A stretch of 64,000 nt of DNA, from positions 8,250-72,249 of the forward strand of contig DAOOUQ010000016.1 in assembly GCA_035390825.1 (NCBI GenBank), written 5' to 3'. Source of the DNA: Bacteroidales bacterium. Lineage in GTDB: Bacteria; Bacteroidota; Bacteroidia; Bacteroidales; VadinHA17. The notes beneath the pieces were generated by a model. It saw only the letters and a program-made list of their open reading frames with translations, did not search any database and was not told where the DNA came from. Both the position numbers and the translations under genes were made by a program. Of this stretch, positions 61,050 to 64,000 are shown one piece after another. The stretch's first letter is position 1, and each line of letters begins with the position of its first letter.

Positions 61050-62057
61050 ATGAATAAGGTAATTACATTAAACCACGGGAGCGGCGGCCGACAGTCACAT
61101 GATTTGATCGGCGGACTTTTTGCCGGCCGGTTTGGCATGGATAAGCCCCTGACAGATTCGGCTGTGTTACCAGGGGAAGGATACATCCTTGCCTTTACAA
61201 CAGATTCATATGTGGTGGAACCGCTGTTTTTCCCGGGGGGAAATATCGGAAAACTTGCGGTTTGCGGAACAGTAAATGATCTGGCAGTATCCGGAGCGGT
61301 ACCTTTGTATATCTCTGCTGCATTTATCATGGAAGAAGGATTCGGATTTCAGGAGCTTGAGCTTATCGTTGATACGATGGCAGATGAGGCAAAAAGGGCA
61401 GGTGTAAGGATTGTAACAGGCGACACGAAAGTCGTTGGCAGGGGAAAATGCGACAGGCTCTTCATTACCACATCAGGAACAGGTTCCCTTAAATCATCCT
61501 TTGCACACCTCAGTTCAGCCGTCAGGGTCCGGTCAGGCGACGATGTAATTGTCAGCGGTCCCCTGGGAAATCACGCCATTGCGGTTCTGGGTGCACGTAA
61601 CAATCTTGGCTTCAGTTCACCGGTTGAATCAGACTGCGCCTGTCTGAATCACATGATAAAAGACGTTCTTGATTCCGGTGCTGACGTTCACTTCATGCGC
61701 GACCTGACGCGTGGCGGACTTGCCTCGGTGCTTCATGAGCTTTGGGTGATGACGGGATATTGTATGGTCATCCAAGAGAAGTCGGTCCCGGTTGATGAAC
61801 CTGTCAGGGGACTGTGCGAAGTGCTTGGATTTGATCCGCTTTATCTTGCCAATGAAGGCAAGATCGTATTAATCGCAGATGAGAATGATTCTCCGAAAAT
61901 AATCGATATCCTCCAGTCACATTTATCAGGAAAGAACGCCTCTGTTATAGGAAAAATAACAGGTAAGAAAACCGGCGGTATCATAATTGAAACATCAGGA
62001 GGAGGCAGAAGAATGCTCGATCTTCCGTCAGGGATACAGCTGCCAAGAATCTGCTGA
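61050..62057 (+). CDS. hypE: Hydrogenase expression/formation protein HypE
   Basis: The AIR-synthase-like protein has a C-terminal PRIC motif. The start MNKVITLNHGSGG at 61050 directly follows the hypD stop, and the longer ORF from 60915 overlaps hypD. Confidence 0.9.
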   Translation: MNKVITLNHGSGGRQSHDLIGGLFAGRFGMDKPLTDSAVLPGEGYILAFTTDSYVVEPLFFPGGNIGKLAVCGTVNDLAVSGAVPLYISAAFIMEEGFGFQELELIVDTMADEAKRAGVRIVTGDTKVVGRGKCDRLFITTSGTGSLKSSFAHLSSAVRVRSGDDVIVSGPLGNHAIAVLGARNNLGFSSPVESDCACLNHMIKDVLDSGADVHFMRDLTRGGLASVLHELWVMTGYCMVIQEKSVPVDEPVRGLCEVLGFDPLYLANEGKIVLIADENDSPKIIDILQSHLSGKNASVIGKITGKKTGGIIIETSGGGRRMLDLPSGIQLPRIC

Positions 62058-62067
62058 TCACATGGTT

Positions 62068-62793
62068 TTAGAATCTGAAACCGAATTTTATTTCAAGACG
62101 GTTGTAGTTGTTCTTGTATGTATATGTCACATCATTATAGTTCCTTTGCTTGTAGCTTGTCTGGGCGTACCGGTAACCGAACGACAGATAAGTATCAATG
62201 TCTTCTTTGGCCCATGAAATACCCGTGCCGACAAGGAAAGAGCCGCCACCCCTGTACGACCTTGGGTAATAATATGGATTATATGGATCTTCGTCATCAT
62301 CGCCTCCTGTATGAATGAGGGCACCACCCCTGAAGAAAACGAAAGGAGCCGTCTTCTTCTCATTAATAAGCCGTTTAAATTCGATGAAAACCGGAGAGAA
62401 TGTGGAGCCGAGAAATTCGACACCCGATCCGATACCAAAAATATTCTTTGCCGAAGATGTCAGGTTAAGTATGATATTAAAACTGAATGGAGCAACAACT
62501 TCACTGTTCTGCGAGCCTGCCAGCAATCCTCCTTCAAGTGCAAATCCCGCACCATTCGTTTTCCTTGATTCAAACTTCGGGGCTTCCTTTACTAACCTGT
62601 CGACTTCATCGGCATTAAAGTTGAAAATACTGCCGTCAGATGTCTGTACCCTGTATACGTTTTCAGATATCTCAAGGAGTTTCCCGTATATTATACTTCC
62701 GGTCTTAAGGTAAACGGCATCTTTTACTTTTTGGGAAAATGCCGGTGTGACAAGAACTGAGACAAGTATCAGTAAAACAAAATGCTTTTTCAT
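62068..62793 (-). CDS. Hypothetical outer-membrane beta-barrel-like protein
   Basis: The 241-aa protein has a signal peptide (VLVTPAFSQ), alternating beta-strand-like C-terminal segments and a terminal F residue. Confidence 0.45.
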   Translation of the reverse strand: MKKHFVLLILVSVLVTPAFSQKVKDAVYLKTGSIIYGKLLEISENVYRVQTSDGSIFNFNADEVDRLVKEAPKFESRKTNGAGFALEGGLLAGSQNSEVVAPFSFNIILNLTSSAKNIFGIGSGVEFLGSTFSPVFIEFKRLINEKKTAPFVFFRGGALIHTGGDDDEDPYNPYYYPRSYRGGGSFLVGTGISWAKEDIDTYLSFGYRYAQTSYKQRNYNDVTYTYKNNYNRLEIKFGFRF

Positions 62794-62866
62794 GAGTATT
62801 CCAGGTTAGGTTTCAGGTAGTTTTGCATGATTTTTGATTGAGTCTAAAAAGCTAAATCTAAACCTC

Positions 62867-64000
62867 ATGGACTCAAAAATCATTCCAAACCTTATAATGT
62901 TTGTCTTCACAGCAATCTTTATTTCTTCATGTGAAGATTCAACATACAGGGAATACAGGGGTTATGCGCCTGTATATATGTCGTACGAGGATCTCCGGGC
63001 CTCCGTTGCAACAAGGCAGAATGTTGATCTTGTAAACCCCGGGAAAATTTATTACAAGGACAATTTTATATTTATTGTTGAAGAACTGAAAGGCATCCAT
63101 GTATTTGACAATACCAATCCGGCTTCACCTGTAAAGAAAGTCTTTATCAGTCTTCCCGGTGTTGTTGATATCTCAATTGCGGACCATTTTCTTTACGCTG
63201 ACAGCTTTGTGGATCTTGTGATACTTGACGTGGAGAATATTGATAACATACATGAAGCAGGGCGCGTGAAAGACATACTTCCATATACTGTTCCTCCTGT
63301 TGAGGAGGATTACCCGATGGCGTATGTCGACGAGAAAAGAGGAGTAGTGATTGACTGGGATCTGAAAACAATAAAGGAAAAGATTCATAACGAGCCTTAT
63401 CCATGGCCAATATATTTTGACGGAGGCATTGCCTTTATGGATGCAAAGAACGCTTCGGGCGCTTCTTCGGGTGTCAGCGGAAGCGGGACCGGCTTCGGAG
63501 GATCGATGGCCCGCTTCGGAATAAAGGGGAATGTGCTTTATATAGTCGACAAGAATACATTGAAGGTCTTTGACATCACCAGCAGGACCAGGCCTTACAA
63601 CATGGGTGATTTTTATCCTGGCTGGAATGTTGAGACAATGTTCCTGACCGAAAACAATATGTTTTTGGGAACCACAACGGGAATGGTAATCTTCGATATA
63701 TCGAACCCTCTGGTTCCGTCATTGAAGACGTTTTTCAACCACGCAAGGAGTTGCGATCCTGTTGTGGTTGATGATACCATTGCTTACATAACCCTTCGTT
63801 CAGGTACCACATGCGGCGGTACAGTCAATTGCCTTGATGTCGTAAATATAAAAAAGATAAACTCACCATCAATCGTAGCAACTTTTGGAATGACAAATCC
63901 GCACGGGCTTGGTAAAAAGGGTGATATGCTCTTTGTCTGTGACGGAGATGCCGGGTTGAAAATTTACGATGCATCCGATCCGCGAACTGTCGGAAACAGG
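62867..64000 (+). CDS. LVIVD-repeat lipoprotein (partial; continues past the window end)
   Basis: This ORF is absent from the ORF track because it has no stop in the window. My own translation from the ATG at 62867 is open for 378 codons. It shows a lipobox (FISSCED) and repeats of the type GIHVFDNTNP / LKVFDITS / MVIFDISNP / LKIYDASDP. Confidence 0.7.
   Translation, partial: MDSKIIPNLIMFVFTAIFISSCEDSTYREYRGYAPVYMSYEDLRASVATRQNVDLVNPGKIYYKDNFIFIVEELKGIHVFDNTNPASPVKKVFISLPGVVDISIADHFLYADSFVDLVILDVENIDNIHEAGRVKDILPYTVPPVEEDYPMAYVDEKRGVVIDWDLKTIKEKIHNEPYPWPIYFDGGIAFMDAKNASGASSGVSGSGTGFGGSMARFGIKGNVLYIVDKNTLKVFDITSRTRPYNMGDFYPGWNVETMFLTENNMFLGTTTGMVIFDISNPLVPSLKTFFNHARSCDPVVVDDTIAYITLRSGTTCGGTVNCLDVVNIKKINSPSIVATFGMTNPHGLGKKGDMLFVCDGDAGLKIYDASDPRTVGNR

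Noticed and set aside
1-64000. Search for mobile elements, integrases, toxin-antitoxin pairs, restriction or other defence systems, tRNA and rRNA genes
   Set aside because: No ORF showed transposase, integrase, nuclease-defence or cas-like motifs. No intergenic segment showed a tRNA-like cloverleaf or rRNA similarity that I could recognise by eye. A tRNAscan/Infernal run would be needed to be definitive.

Overview
This is a chromosomal segment from an anaerobic, Bacteroidota-like organism. The taxon call rests on LVIVD lipoproteins, DUF3127/DUF3788 proteins, A-rich leaders without obvious Shine-Dalgarno sequences, and MurQ/AGE amino-sugar genes. About 62 protein-coding genes are densely packed. 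I saw no rRNA, tRNA, CRISPR array, transposase or integrase. Content in order: a half-size YeeE/YedE sulfur transporter and a PsrABC-type molybdopterin reductase (22-4434); a CHAD / phosphofructokinase / SixA-like / polyphosphate kinase cluster (4652-9324); an M1 peptidase region; a sugar region with an AGE-family epimerase, a sodium:solute symporter, an unusual GmhA-like / heptose-kinase-HAD fusion / DHS-fold trio, MurQ and a BadF-type sugar kinase (13486-22487); a five-gene Hdr-like cluster ending in a membrane-anchored EMO/DsrMK-like protein (22834-27912); purL, an M3 dipeptidase, a beta-propeller-phosphoesterase fusion, PPIases, mnmD and tkt; then the most interesting block. That block is a 19-gene minus-strand operon (43749-56637). 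It joins an AsrA/AsrB (HydB/HydG)-like NAD(P)H-type flavin/Fe-S module to a group-4 [NiFe]-hydrogenase core and a complete Mrp antiporter module. It is flanked by a divergent rex gene and hypFCDE. Rex-type operators (TGTGA-N6-TCACA / TTGTTAA-N4-TTAACAA) sit in front of the hydrogenase operon, rex itself, the psr operon and the Hdr-like operon, which suggests one NADH-responsive regulon. Other oddities are a hypF whose conserved N-terminus precedes any canonical start codon, phased TTTGTGA repeats upstream of the phosphoesterase gene, and degenerate 7-nt tandem repeats in several intergenic regions. All functional calls come from motif and family recognition by eye; no database searches were run.
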